The notes beneath the pieces were generated by a model. It was not told the DNA's origin. It saw only the letters and a program-made list of their open reading frames with translations, and did not search any database. Source: the human T2T-CHM13v2.0 reference genome, Homo sapiens. From it: a stretch of 64,000 nt of DNA. The translations under genes were made by a program, and so were the position numbers. The stretch lies in NCBI RefSeq assembly GCF_009914755.1, contig NC_060927.1, one strand, 5' to 3'. Below are positions 1-39,989 of this stretch, piece after piece. Within the stretch, counting starts at the first letter, position 1, and each line of letters starts with the position of its first letter.

Positions 1-397
1 TAGCTGTATCTTTCATTTTATTTGGAGAGAGAGGAACAAACAACCAAAAATGAGCAACCATTGTTATTTACCCAAAGCTAAGCTGTTTCTTAATAGCTGT
101 ACTCTATCTCTTCAGTAAGTAATTTGCCAGGAGAAATACAATGTTTTTAAGGAATATTTTTGTCAGCGTAAACTGTTAAACACTGAATCCCAACTTTTAG
201 CTATCTGAAAAATGTATACTTAAATAATACATTATGGCCATTTGACTCAAATGTAAGTTCTTTTGGGATGGTTTTTCATTTTCTTAAAATAAGTGTTCAG
301 ATATTCTCCTTGAATTGGGTAGAATATTAATTGTCAGATATTGTTTTTTATTTGGATGATAAACACTAACCCACAGGATTTAAACTACAACTTCTAG

Positions 398-731
<334 letters not shown>

Positions 732-732
732 T

Positions 733-958
733 CAGTAGTTCTCAGCTGACAGTAATTCTGCCCCTTTTCCCATAGGACATTCAGTAACGTCTGAAGACAG
801 TTTCGGTTGTTATAGCTGGTAGAAGTGGGGATGCTACTGGTGTCTAGTGGGTGAAGGTCAGAAATGCTATTAAAGCATCTTATAATGCCCAGCATAGCTC
901 TCCACAACAAAGAATATCCAGCCCAAAATGTCAGTAGTGCCACTGTTGATAAACCCTA
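733..958. mobile_element. MER20-like hAT-Charlie MITE
   Basis: Termini CAGTAGTTCTCA ... TGATAAACCCT; internal ccagcccaaaatgtcagtagtgcc typical of MER20. Confidence 0.7.
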
Positions 959-2531
959 CGTAGATACAAACTTGAATAAGACTCTTGGCTTCCTCAGTGA
1001 CTTAACGTTCATCCTGTGTAATCCAAAGGTTTGGGCATTTTTCCAGGCTTCAATCCTGTCTAAAACTTAAACTCTTGCTGCAAACATTTAGAGAGAACTA
1101 ACAGTTGAAAGCAGAATAAAATACTTTATATAAATATCTACATATTTTCACTTATATACCGATTCATACATAATATAATGAATGTTATGGAAAATAACTT
1201 TTGGGGTAACAGTTTTACTTTGATAATCATTGTGCTTATAGACTGTCAGAAGTATCGAAAAGTGATTTATGCAAATAAAATTATTTCTTAATGAGTAGAT
1301 TTTCAAATAAGCTGTTTTGTCCACTGTTATTGAATTGTTTACTTTTTGTAATTATGTTGAGGCTTTTGGTGAATTATGATGCTCTCATTAGTAAGTTTTA
1401 CCCCACATTTTTAAGGTTCACCTGTATTCACTTAGGAAATAGGAATCACTAAGATATTTGAATTAAGAAAACAATATACTATTTTTAATGTGTAATTCTT
1501 TTTGTTGACTTTTTTCGTCTTTGCTATTTTGTTGAAAATAAGAGGTATATCTTTTTTCATTTGCCTGTACCTATTCTTCCATTGTAATAGTCTAGAGTAC
1601 AAACAAGCTACTCCTATAACGTAGCAGCATTTGGCCTGAACATACTCAGACACAATTTTCTCTCCACCATCAAACTAAATGACTGCCTAGCAGTCAGCCT
1701 TGATGGTTACTTATTATGGATTTTTTTTCTCTTTACTCTTCATAATTAAACTGCATAAATGCAAATATGTAAAGTTAATCTAAGATTTTAATTACAGTTC
1801 AAAGTTGTTATATTAGTGATTACAAACTGAAAGTTTTCTGATGTCTTATGTACCAGTGCCATTAGTTTTCTCTAGTCAAGGTGGTCTGTTTGATTTCTGT
1901 TATTACCATGAGAAATAGGTAATATCCTTTTCTGTCAAAGGCTCTTGTTTTTAGAAAACTGAACATGTAAGTTTTTGACTACCTTTGAAACCCATTACTT
2001 GTTAAGGAACTCCTAAAAACCATGTTTGTAGAGAAAGTTGGTAATACTACTTTGGGACAGGGTTCCTAACACAGTTTAACCATGCAAGTGTTTTTGAAAA
2101 TTCTTTGTTTTAGAACAGGAGCTTCAATTGTGTTATTAACAATTGATAATGTTTCCACTATAATCAGATTGCAGATTAAGTGAAAGCTTTCCTAAATTTT
2201 ACTTAAAGAAACAAGTTTTATTTATTTATATTGAACATTCTAGTTGGGGAAATGAGTGTGTGTAAGTGGGTGTATATTACACTTTTATAAGGATTTATCT
2301 AAGGGAATATAAATTCATGTTTCATATCTCCCTGTGTAAAATTAAAACTCTTAGGAATACCAGTGAAAATAACATTTTTATTTATACCTTATTAAATCAT
2401 TGCACTACTAACTGTACATTATTTAGATGTTTATTACTCTTGGCTTTATTATTTAACTGCTCCCAATTCTCACTTAAGATTGATTTAGCTAAACATACAC
2501 AGTGAGTATGAAATATAACTTTTTTTTAAAG

Positions 2532-24423
<21,892 letters not shown>

Positions 24424-25059
24424 ACTTTATGCTGAAGATTCTTCAAGTTGATTCAGTGTATTACTGATTTTTTTCTATTTGTAAAGGATTATGAGTTGTA
24501 TAAAATACATACTCCCTAAACTAGATCATGAAACTGGTTTCTGTTTTATGCAGTTGTCATTTGTAAAGTCTAATAAAATATTCTCTATAATTGCTTCTAG
24601 ATTACAAAAATATGACAATCTTGTAAGTAGCAGACTATGGAGAAAAATGAGTTACCTGGAGGGTCAGGTAACTTGCCAAACTAAAAAGTATGTTAGTTGA
24701 GGCAAAGTCCTAAGCAAGGTTGTGCTATCAAGGCTCAGCATACCTTCGTGGGCCTTTGATTTACCAACACTGGAAATGCCTGCCAACTAATCTTGGATAG
24801 ATTCTTTAAGGCATTCCACTTAGCTTGCCAGTTGAGACAATCACCACAGTTATTACCCAAATACTATGAACATATTTTTGTAAACCAGTCATTCTGAATT
24901 ATAGTGATGAGAATTTAAATATATGCTTTTCTAGAATTTGATGTTTGACCATTTATGACTTAATTACCAGAGAGCCAGTAAATTAGGACAGTGTTTCAAC
25001 AAGCCTAGGCTATCTCGTAAGTTGAAAAATATCCCACTATAGTTGCTTCATGAGTATGA

Positions 25060-25207
25060 AGTAAGATGGCCTCTGATTTACACTGGTTCAATTTACAAAT
25101 TTTCAACTTTATGATAGGTTTATCCGGGTACTAAATGCATTTCAACTTGATAGTTTCAACTTATGATAGGTTTACCAGGATGTAGTCCCACTGTTGAGGA
25201 GCATCTA
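25060..25207. mobile_element. MER47/Tigger5-like DNA transposon fragment in the SMC4 3'UTR
   Basis: Ends in ...GAGGAGCATCT (TIR-like); repeated TTTCAACTT(T)ATGATAGGTTTA subterminal motif. Confidence 0.5.
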
Positions 25208-25545
25208 TTTAGGGGTTAATTACTTTAGTAATAAGTGGAAAGTAAGATACCTTGAGTAATGTTTGCCTATAAAATTGTCAGCGTATTTTTACACTATTGG
25301 CTCAAGAATGTTATAATGCTAAGGGACATAAGTTGGCAACCACTTGGTTTTTGGAAGGACTTTCGGTATTGTATTAGAAGTCTGCCCTAGCTGTTAAATT
25401 TCTGGGTATTTATCCTAAGGAATTAATTAAAGAGTTAATTGTTCCTTTCTTCAGTGGGCCATTGTTTTAGATATTTAAAAAATCCAACAGTTTCTATCAT
25501 AATGTAACTGTAAAAATGTAAACACATTATTAGCATGGACTTTTA

Positions 25546-25551
25546 AATAAA
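25546..25551 (+). terminator. Likely distal polyadenylation signal of SMC4
   Basis: AATAAA preceded by TGTA elements (25503, 25517). Confidence 0.6.
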
Positions 25552-25726
25552 GATTTAAAGAAAGCAAGATCGGAAATTCAAGTACGGTAATTTGTTCTAA
25601 ATCAAGAATATATAAGGGAAAAGTAAGTTTAAAGTGCTATAATGATAATCAAGTGTTTTCATTTGGTGCGAAAATAGAATTTAATACTTTTATTATATTT
25701 TAATAACCAATGCAGTAGAGCTCAGA

Positions 25727-26017
25727 TTTTTTTTTTTTTTTTGAAAGTCTCACTGCATCACCCAGGGTGGAGTGCTGTGGCAAGATCTTGGCTCACTGCA
25801 ACCCTGCCTCACGGGTTCAAGCGATTCAAGTGCCTCAGCCACATGAGTAGCTGGGACTACAGGTGCACACCACAGTGCCCAGCTAATTTTTGTGTTTTTG
25901 GTAGACAGGGTTTTGCCATGTTGGCCAAGCTGGTCTCAAACTCCTGGCCTCAAGTGATCTGCCTGCCTCAGCCTCCCAAAGTGCTGGACTATAGGCATGA
26001 GCCACTGCACCCAGCCT
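25727..26017 (-). mobile_element. Alu in the gap between the SMC4 and TRIM59 3' ends
   Basis: Reverse Alu consensus. Confidence 0.9.
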
Positions 26018-26133
26018 GCAGTACTAAGTTTCAAAGAATTAGAAGTACCCAGAACCCATGTGAAAATCCCATAGCTACCACTCCTGAGTATGGAAGTCTC
26101 ATTAAGACAGTGCAAATAAAATATCAAAAGAAG

Positions 26134-26139
26134 TTTATT
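26134..26139 (-). terminator. Likely polyadenylation signal of TRIM59
   Basis: TTTATT on + (AATAAA on -) with TGTA elements upstream on the - strand; other candidates at 28022-28027 and 25689-25694. Confidence 0.55.
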
Positions 26140-27130
26140 AAAATACATATTTTGTTATACATAAAACTTAGAAATATTTCAAGATTTACATACATCAACT
26201 TTTGCAATCTTCCTGCTGGTAAAAATACAAAACAGCAGCATAAGAACCAGTTACTCATATACTCAACTATATTCATGCATACTTAACAAAATGAAAAGTT
26301 CTCCTAAAAACTGGCAAGATACAAAATGTCAAATCTAAAATGATATATATACTTACGTTTTTAGCATTCTTACAGATTACAAACCCTTACCAACATTAAT
26401 CTTGGCCTACTTTAAAGTTGAGTGATAGCATGAACTCTGAAAAGAGAATGCATGGGTTTTCTCACAGCTATATGGCCTTGGACAAGTCACTTGTCAGTTC
26501 CCTCATCTACAAAAAGGGGGTTAAAAATATTCACATCACAGAAATGAGATTAAGTAGTTTAACACATAATGGCTAACATTTCATTGCTTACGTGTTTTTG
26601 AAACTACAGGGCACTTTTATGGTGTGACTAGTATTTTAAGTAATCAGTGCAACTTAGTATTTTTATCTCTAGCTGAGTATGTGTCTCTCCTTACCTCTAC
26701 TATGCCCTTTAAATGTTCTTTGCCCACACAATAGTTAATTGTGCTAGGTATAAGTCTGATTCTAATAATAAATTGATATAATACAGTCATCTTAGTGTTA
26801 AGACTTATTCTCAGCAGGTAAGAGTTTTAGAACTAGTTCCCTGAAAAAGCTGTATTTATGATAGTTTATGTGCAATCTGTAGGGCCAGGAGCATAGTCTA
26901 ATCTGACCCAGAATGTCTTTTTGATTTGATATAGGTAAGGCTCTTCGGTGATCCAAGAGCAGCCCCTTTGGGATTTCTGGAAAGCAAATCAACCTGCACT
27001 TAGAGTTGCATGGACAGTGGGCCAAAAGTCGTAACACATGCATCATAACTCCAGTCCCTGTTAAAGGGAACTAAAGGGCTTTGATTTAATTGGCCCTCTT
27101 AAGCAAAGCTAATAAAAGATTAAGTTGTTG

Positions 27131-27569
<439 letters not shown>

Positions 27570-28585
27570 CTAATAAGAATGAGTTTTTAATCCAAGAACT
27601 GATTTGACTGACGAGCAGAAAAAAAAACAATCTTAAATTTGCACAAACTATAGAATATGACAAGTATTAGAAAATGCTGGCCCCCAGGCACAGTGTGGCT
27701 AACGTCTGTAATCCCAGCACTTTGGGAGGCCAAGGTGGGCAGATCTCTTGAGCCCAGAAGTTTGAGACCAACCTGGGCAATATGGCAAAACCTCGTTTCT
27801 ACAAAAAACAATTTTTTTAATTAGCCAGGCATGGGGGTGTGTGCCTTGTCCCAGCTGCTCCAGAGGCAGAGGCGGGAGGATCGATTGAGCCTGGGTGGTC
27901 GAAACTGCAGTGAGTCATGACCAGACAACTACACTCCAGCCTGGGCAACAAGGTGAGACCCAGTCTCAAAAATTTCTTTTAAAAAGCCACTTTACTCTAA
28001 CAGTTATCCAAAAGCAATAGTTTTATTTGGAGTGAATGGTGATAAGCATTTAGGGCTCTTAAATCTATCTCAAACACAGGTATGTTTGATCAAAAGATCT
28101 TTAAGCCATGCCTTATCACTTTAAGACTTTGTTGCTTGATTTTGAAACCTTTCTATCATCCTTATTCACCCATTCAAAAGCTTCAAGCCACATCAAAATA
28201 AAGGTATATGTTCTTTCAGGATTTTGCTATATATATAAAGAACTGTAAAGCCAATTAACTGCAGTATATAATAATGGTAAAAGACAATATTGGTACAAGA
28301 ATGTTTAAATGTCACAGCAACATTATGTCAACCATCATAAAGCCAATAAAAATGGGATAGTGTATTACTTTTCAAATTGTTACTAGATTCTGTTTCCCAA
28401 AGATTTGACTATTTCAGATATAACTTTGACATATCATTGCTAACCAAAAGAAGCAACAAATATAAACATTTGTTTATATTAGTTGCAGCACTAATAAAGC
28501 TTAGTTTGCTCTTTATCCATGCTACCCCATTTTTTGTTTAGCAATGTACAGAATAAGCCCATTTAAACAATTCAGGTTGACATTT

Positions 28586-29797
28586 TCAATGGGAAACTAT
28601 TTTCCACACAAATTCCTTCAACAAATAGAAAATGTGACACAGTATATTCTTTACCTTATGCAGACTGTTAGATAAACTTTGGTAAACAGATAGAGAGGCT
28701 TCAGAAAACCATATTAAAGTGATTTCACTTAAAAAGGTTATGATGTGTTGGTTGAAAAAGAGTATCGACATCAGTATTACTGAAATTAATGTAACTACAA
28801 CAATGTTTAAAATTTTTAAAAATTCAACTTCCTTTTCATCCTTACCAGGCCAGGAACATGACATCCTTTTTGGAGAAATTTTCATTTTGGGAATGAGAAC
28901 GTTCTTAATTTGTCCAATTTCTGTTCTGCTCCATTCTTCTTTCAATATTTTGCTTACTCGAGGATAAATTTCAACGGGTTGAACCTCAGGAAGTGGTCTT
29001 TGTTTCAAGATCTGTACATGCTGGCGTACATCATCAACTTTTTCAAGAAATTTAAGTGGAGACTCTTCTTGTAAAGATATTGTCAGTGCCATTAATTCAA
29101 GCTGCTGCTCTCGTATTTCCTTCATTCTTTCAATTTGTGGAGTATATTCTTGATTAATTAGATTGCCAACATCACAGAGAGCCGTTAGGAAACTTTTTTT
29201 TTTCTGTTCTAATGTATCATTAAGCTCCTTAAAATACTGGAGAACAGCTTCCTTATCGCCTTGGATCATTTTCTCAGAATGAGATTTTTGTTCTTTCAGC
29301 TTTTCAATAAGATGGGTAAGATCTGTCCAGTGTGTGTCAGTCAACTGTTCAAGCAGTTTTTGAGGAGTGTCCTTTTCTTTCAAATAGGCACTTTGAAGGT
29401 CATCTATAGGATGACCATGATGTTGACCTATGGTAAGGCAATGACCACAAACTAATTTTTTATCTAATAGACAGTAAACATTTAATGGTTGCCTGTAATG
29501 TTCAGGGCAGGTGACAATATCTGGATGGTCTTCTTGCTGGTACTTTTCAATAATAGCCCTTAGTGCAAAATTAACAGGTAAAGATTCAATGCCAGTTGGA
29601 GCAATTTCAGTAATACTTCTGCAATTAGGGCACTTGAGTGGAATTCGTAAAGGTCTCCATATATAAAAGTTACCAGATGCCTGAAGAATGTTTTCCAAAC
29701 AATTTCTACAAAATGTATGAGAGCATGGCAGTACACGAGGATCTTCAAAAATACTATAACATATGGGACAAGTTAACTCTTCCTCAAAATTGTGCAT
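28586..29797 (-). CDS. TRIM59: TRIM59 E3 ubiquitin ligase, 403 aa, single coding exon
   Basis: RING (CPIC...PCSHTFCRNC...CPNC), B-box 2 (CPEH...YCLLDKKLVCGHC...HHGH), coiled coil, hydrophobic TM segment ILNIVVVTLISVILMSILFF. Splice acceptor ctcttgacag|gaaATG places the exon start at 29800. Confidence 0.97.
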   Translation of the reverse strand: MHNFEEELTCPICYSIFEDPRVLPCSHTFCRNCLENILQASGNFYIWRPLRIPLKCPNCRSITEIAPTGIESLPVNFALRAIIEKYQQEDHPDIVTCPEHYRQPLNVYCLLDKKLVCGHCLTIGQHHGHPIDDLQSAYLKEKDTPQKLLEQLTDTHWTDLTHLIEKLKEQKSHSEKMIQGDKEAVLQYFKELNDTLEQKKKSFLTALCDVGNLINQEYTPQIERMKEIREQQLELMALTISLQEESPLKFLEKVDDVRQHVQILKQRPLPEVQPVEIYPRVSKILKEEWSRTEIGQIKNVLIPKMKISPKRMSCSWPGKDEKEVEFLKILNIVVVTLISVILMSILFFNQHIITFLSEITLIWFSEASLSVYQSLSNSLHKVKNILCHIFYLLKEFVWKIVSH

Positions 29798-30089
29798 TTC
29801 CTGTCAAGAGAAAAATGTATTTTAAGTTTACATAGAGACACCTGTACATATTATTTAACATTCTAGGCATTAACCTCCAAATTGTTACCATACTGCTTGT
29901 CATTTAAAAGAGAACAAGGTATTTTTAAAATGAAGTTTTCTGAGTAATTCATTTCCTAGTATATATAGTGAATAACTGATCACAATTAAGAGTTTATTCC
30001 TTAGGGACCAAAATCATCCCAAACAAAGCAATTATCATTAATTTGTAGTAAAATGCTTCAAATTTAAGTTATTTAAATTTGTTGCTATG

Positions 30090-30441
30090 TGATATGGTTT
30101 GGCTGTGTCTCCACCCAAATCTCATCTTGAATTGTAGCTCCCATAATTCCCACATGTTGTGGGAGGGACTCAGCGGTAGATAACTTTAGTCATGGGGGCA
30201 GTTCCCCCATACTGTTCTTGTAGTATCACGAGATCTGATGGTTTTGTAAGAGGAAACCCCTTTTGCTTCACTCATTCTCTTTTCTTGTCTGCCGCCATGT
30301 GAGACGTGCCTTTCACCTTCTGCCATGATTGTGAGGTCTCCCCAGCCATGTGGAACTGTGAGTCCATTAAACCTCTTTTTCCTTATAAATTACCCAGTCT
30401 CAGGTATGTCTTTATCAGCAGCATGAAAACAGACTAATACA
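30090..30441 (+). mobile_element. THE1-type MaLR solo LTR in TRIM59 intron
   Basis: TGATATGGTTTGGCTGTGTC...GACTAATACA termini; 5-bp flanks CTATG/CTACA. Confidence 0.9.
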
Positions 30442-31243
30442 CTACATAATAAAGACTAAAATTCAAAGTGTTCTGTTAAAGTCTACTTAGTGATTACAAC
30501 TATTTTGTGCAACATTTTAACATTTAAGATGATAAAATCAAAACCAAGCACATATAATGAGTAGACAAGACTATTTCTATTACAACAAGTTAGGCTTAGC
30601 AAAAGTATATTCTTTAACACAAAAGGAGGAAACATGTCCCAGTTGGCTCAATAATGGTTTCTAAAGCAAGCTATCAAATTTCTCCACAGTAACTGTTACT
30701 ACCATAAATTTTTTAGCTTCTCAAATTAGAATACAAGAACGCTTAAACCCCAGGATCAGCATAGTATAATTCTCTAAAGCAATAATTTTAACTTGCAGAT
30801 TTAGAAGACAGAAAAATTTTGAATTAATTCTTATAATAAAAATCAGTTTGAAAGATAAGAGTTGACTATAGTAACTGTGAATTAATTTTTAAGTGAAAAA
30901 CTAGAGCACTAAATGGTAAAGAACAAAAAGAAGACCATTAGTCATCTTTCCTTCATGAAAGTCTCTCGATCCGTATTTCTCTGAGACAGAAAAAGAAACG
31001 TAGCGATAGTTCAGAGACCATCTCTGACACAAGTAACTTGACCTCTTGGCAAGCTACTACTGATATTTCCAGTAACAGAAGCCTGACCATTTTGCACCCT
31101 ACCACCTCCTACTGCTTTCCTTTATACCTACCCTCAATGCATCAGCCACAATTCTAAAGACTAGCTTACCCCTTGATAGAGAAAAATCAAGTTATACCAC
31201 TGTTGAAAGTACCTTAGGCAAAACTTAAAAACCCAAGTGCCAT

Positions 31244-36724
<5,481 letters not shown>

Positions 36725-37278
36725 AAGAATTGGTTCTTTAAGTAAATAAACAAGCCATTAGCTATCTGTGATAGGTAGCCTCTAAAATGGCCCCCAATGA
36801 CCTACACTTTCTGGATACTCTTGAAATCTCCTCTCCCTTGAGTGTGGACTAGGCCCTACTCAACTGTTCCAGAATACAAATATGAAAAGTTTGCTAAATA
36901 TTTTGAAGACAGTATAACATGATTCCAAAACCTGAGACAATACAAACTAAAAATGGACTAATTTCAAAAATGGACACTGATGTAAAATTCTAAATACAAT
37001 GTTAGCAAAAACAAACACAGGAGTACATTAAAAAAAACACTGTACCATGACTAAATAAGGTTCTTTCCAGAAATACAAAGTTAATTCAATAACGAAAAAT
37101 CTATTAATATAATTCAGTCAATTAGTTCAATGGAAAAAAAATTTACATTCACATTATATGTGAAAAAAGCATATAATATATATAATATCAAAACCAATAA
37201 GCAGTCCTCAAAGACAGAAAGTAGAATGGTAGTTGCCAGGGCTTGAGAGCAGGGAAGATGTAGAGTTATCATTTAATG

Positions 37279-37599
37279 CAGGGGTCCTCAACCCTTCCTA
37301 CCCACCCTGCGCCCCCACCATGGTGGCGGGCAAGCCCACCTGAGCTCCGCCTCGAGCCCACCTGAGCTCCGCCTCCTGCCAGTGTCAGCATTAGATTCTC
37401 ATAACAGCGTGAACCCTACTGTGAACTGCGCACGCGAGGGATCTAGGTTGTGGCTCACTGTGAGAATCTAACTAATGCCTGATGATGTGCGGTAGAACAG
37501 TTTTATCCCAAAACCATGCACCACCCACCCCCACCCGTCCACAGAAAAATTGCCTTCCACAAGACCGGTCCCTGGTGCCAAAAAGGTTGAGGACTGCTG
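37279..37599. mobile_element. MER1-type hAT-Charlie element inserted in an old L1 3' end (about 36880-37770)
   Basis: CAGGGGTCCTCAA...TTGAGGACTGCTG termini; 8-bp TSD ATTTAATG/GTTTAATG; L1 sequence resumes after it. Confidence 0.85.
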
Positions 37600-39335
37600 G
37601 TTTAATGGGTACACAGTTTCAGTTTGGGAAGATGAAAAAGTTAACGGAGATAGTTGATGGTGATAATTACAAAACAATTTGAATGTATTTAATACCACCA
37701 AACTGCATACTTAAAAAGATTAAAATGGTAAATTTTATGTTTAGCATATTTTACACAATAAAAAAAAAACTTTAAAAAATTTTCAAGCGTCTTGCCTATT
37801 ATCCAGTCTTCCTTTTGCTAAATGAATTTGAATCAATTTATACTACTGTATGTTTTTAAAAAGCAAAAAAGTAAAATAATCCATGTAAAATGTATTTTCC
37901 TCTAGTGAGTACTAAGCTCATGTAAAAACCAAGTTCAAGATTTCCTGCTTCTCTTTTAAAACCGAGAAATATTAATATAAAAAAATGAATCTTCTCAGAA
38001 AGAAACCTGAGGCTAAATCACTCTACTTACAAATTATTTCACTAATGTCTAGTGTGTTTAAGTGTCAAAACAAATACATTTCTGAATTTCCAAACTTTTT
38101 ATTAAGTCTTTCTCCAGAGGGCCAATTCACTAGTGAGCCTCCCTGATGTCTAACTGGCATATTAGGTAATAGACAGTATAATAGATGATTAAATAGCACC
38201 GAAAATATCATTACCCATTCTCCTGTGTAAACCAGTTTTTAAGTTTTAATTCACTAATGCTTTCCTGCCTTTCAACTCTAAACATGAACAGTTGTAAAAC
38301 GTTCATTACATTTCACAACCTCTGAAAGGAAAATATATTTATTACATTATAGAATTCGATGACTTGTCCCAAGACTTCTAGTGAGTCAGCTTTAAGTATG
38401 GGAAAATTCAAGTGGTGCCACCACCCAAACTGGGGCTCACATCTTTGTGGACCTAACTGATAAAGAAGAAATACATTTCATGCAAGTCAAGACTTACTTA
38501 AGAAATAACTACAACTGCACCATTTATAAACATATATAAGATTTTTTTAACATTATCGCAGAAAGTCTGAGAAACAAGATTTTTAAAAATAATTCTGTCA
38601 CATATAAATATACAAAAATAGTGAGAGATCACCTTAACTTTTTCAAATTAAAAAAATCCTATGGTCAGCTGATTTTAAATCTCTTTGTCCATCTGTACTA
38701 TTTTCTTTCATTTTGATATCAACCTGTTTCCCTAAACTAAAAAATAAAAATAAAAACTAGAAACAAAACAAAAAAAGACTATTAATTCAATTTAACCGGA
38801 ATTGACTTGAGAAATTAAGGCTTTAATTGCTTTTGCTGTACTTTTCAAAGTAAAAATATATCTGGTGGGAAATATTCATCAACGTGTTTAGTGAAAGGCA
38901 ATGTCAAAACTAACATCACCTAAAATCAAAATTTCACCTTGCCAGATTAAATAGCTACTTACTCATTTAAAAAGACCAATACATGAATGCATAGTGAAAA
39001 AGTATCCAGGTAACTTAATTTGCAGTTTTGTGTAGTTCTGCAGATCTGTATGTATAAAATAACAACTTTGCATGTGTTTTGAGATGTACACATTCTTGTA
39101 AAATTTCTAGAAGGATGTACAAAAGAGTTAAGTGACTACTTTTAAGGTACAGATCAGAGAAGGGAGTTGTTTATTTTTCACTTTATGCTCCGCTCCTTCG
39201 ATAAAATGGTTGGAGTTTTATACACCGCCAACACAATGTTTTTTCAAAAGACTTCTAAATTTCACTTTGTAGTTTAAATCATACACTCTGTAAAAACTTA
39301 ATTGTTTTTCATATTTATTTAATCTCCCAGATTAC

Positions 39336-39409
39336 CTACTTTGTTGATCTCGTGGTTTGGGGGCTGAATACACTCTTCTCCAACTCCTCCAGAATCTTTT
39401 ATTCTTATT
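39336..39409 (-). other. TRIM59: Probable TRIM59 non-coding exon 2
   Basis: - strand tttaattttag acceptor (nearby alternative AGs make the start uncertain by a few nt) and TAG|gtaat donor; unique sequence between promoter and coding exon. Confidence 0.55.
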
Positions 39410-39989
39410 CTAAAATTAAAATAATGTTATCTTTAATGTTTTCAATTTATTGTCTCATGTCATAAAAATGGTTGTTAGTTCACTGTCTTTGATATTTATC
39501 TTCACGATGCTTCATCGTGTTTTCAGAAAAGCCACAAACACCAACACAGTTGCTGGAGCTGCAGTAGAGGTATCGCTTGTTCCTTGAAAATCCTAACTCT
39601 GACCAAACAGACTGTCACAAAGGACCTCTTTTCACAACGTCAAGTAGCTTATGAGCTCTCGACAATATTACCCAACAATGGTGATGGCAGAAAAAACATT
39701 CACGGTCATTTTAGAGTGCTTAAAATTAACTGCAAGACAAAAGCATCCATGGGAGTAAAATACCTTGCCAGCTCTAAATTATAACTGATTTAGTATAGTT
39801 TGCTCATCTCTCTGTTCTGCCATTTCAATGCTGTGGGACCTGGGTCAGTATTACCAAATACCTCTCAAAAGTGAGGCTTCACATCTGTAAAATGGGTAAC
39901 TGCACCTACCTCACTTAAGTCCTGCGAGCACCTCCCACAAAGGGGCTCAAAATGGCAGTACTCTTCCCTTCCCCTTCTCAAAGCTCCAC

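Larger units (their letters stand above)
24424..25570 (+). other. SMC4: SMC4 3'UTR (approximate end)
   Basis: Follows the stop codon; AATAAA at 24572-24577 (proximal) and 25546-25551 (distal). Confidence 0.7.

Noticed and set aside
25741-26286. 181-aa ORF and the many similar short ORFs containing [10 protein letters not shown] or [10 protein letters not shown]
   Set aside because: Translations of Alu sequence, not genes.
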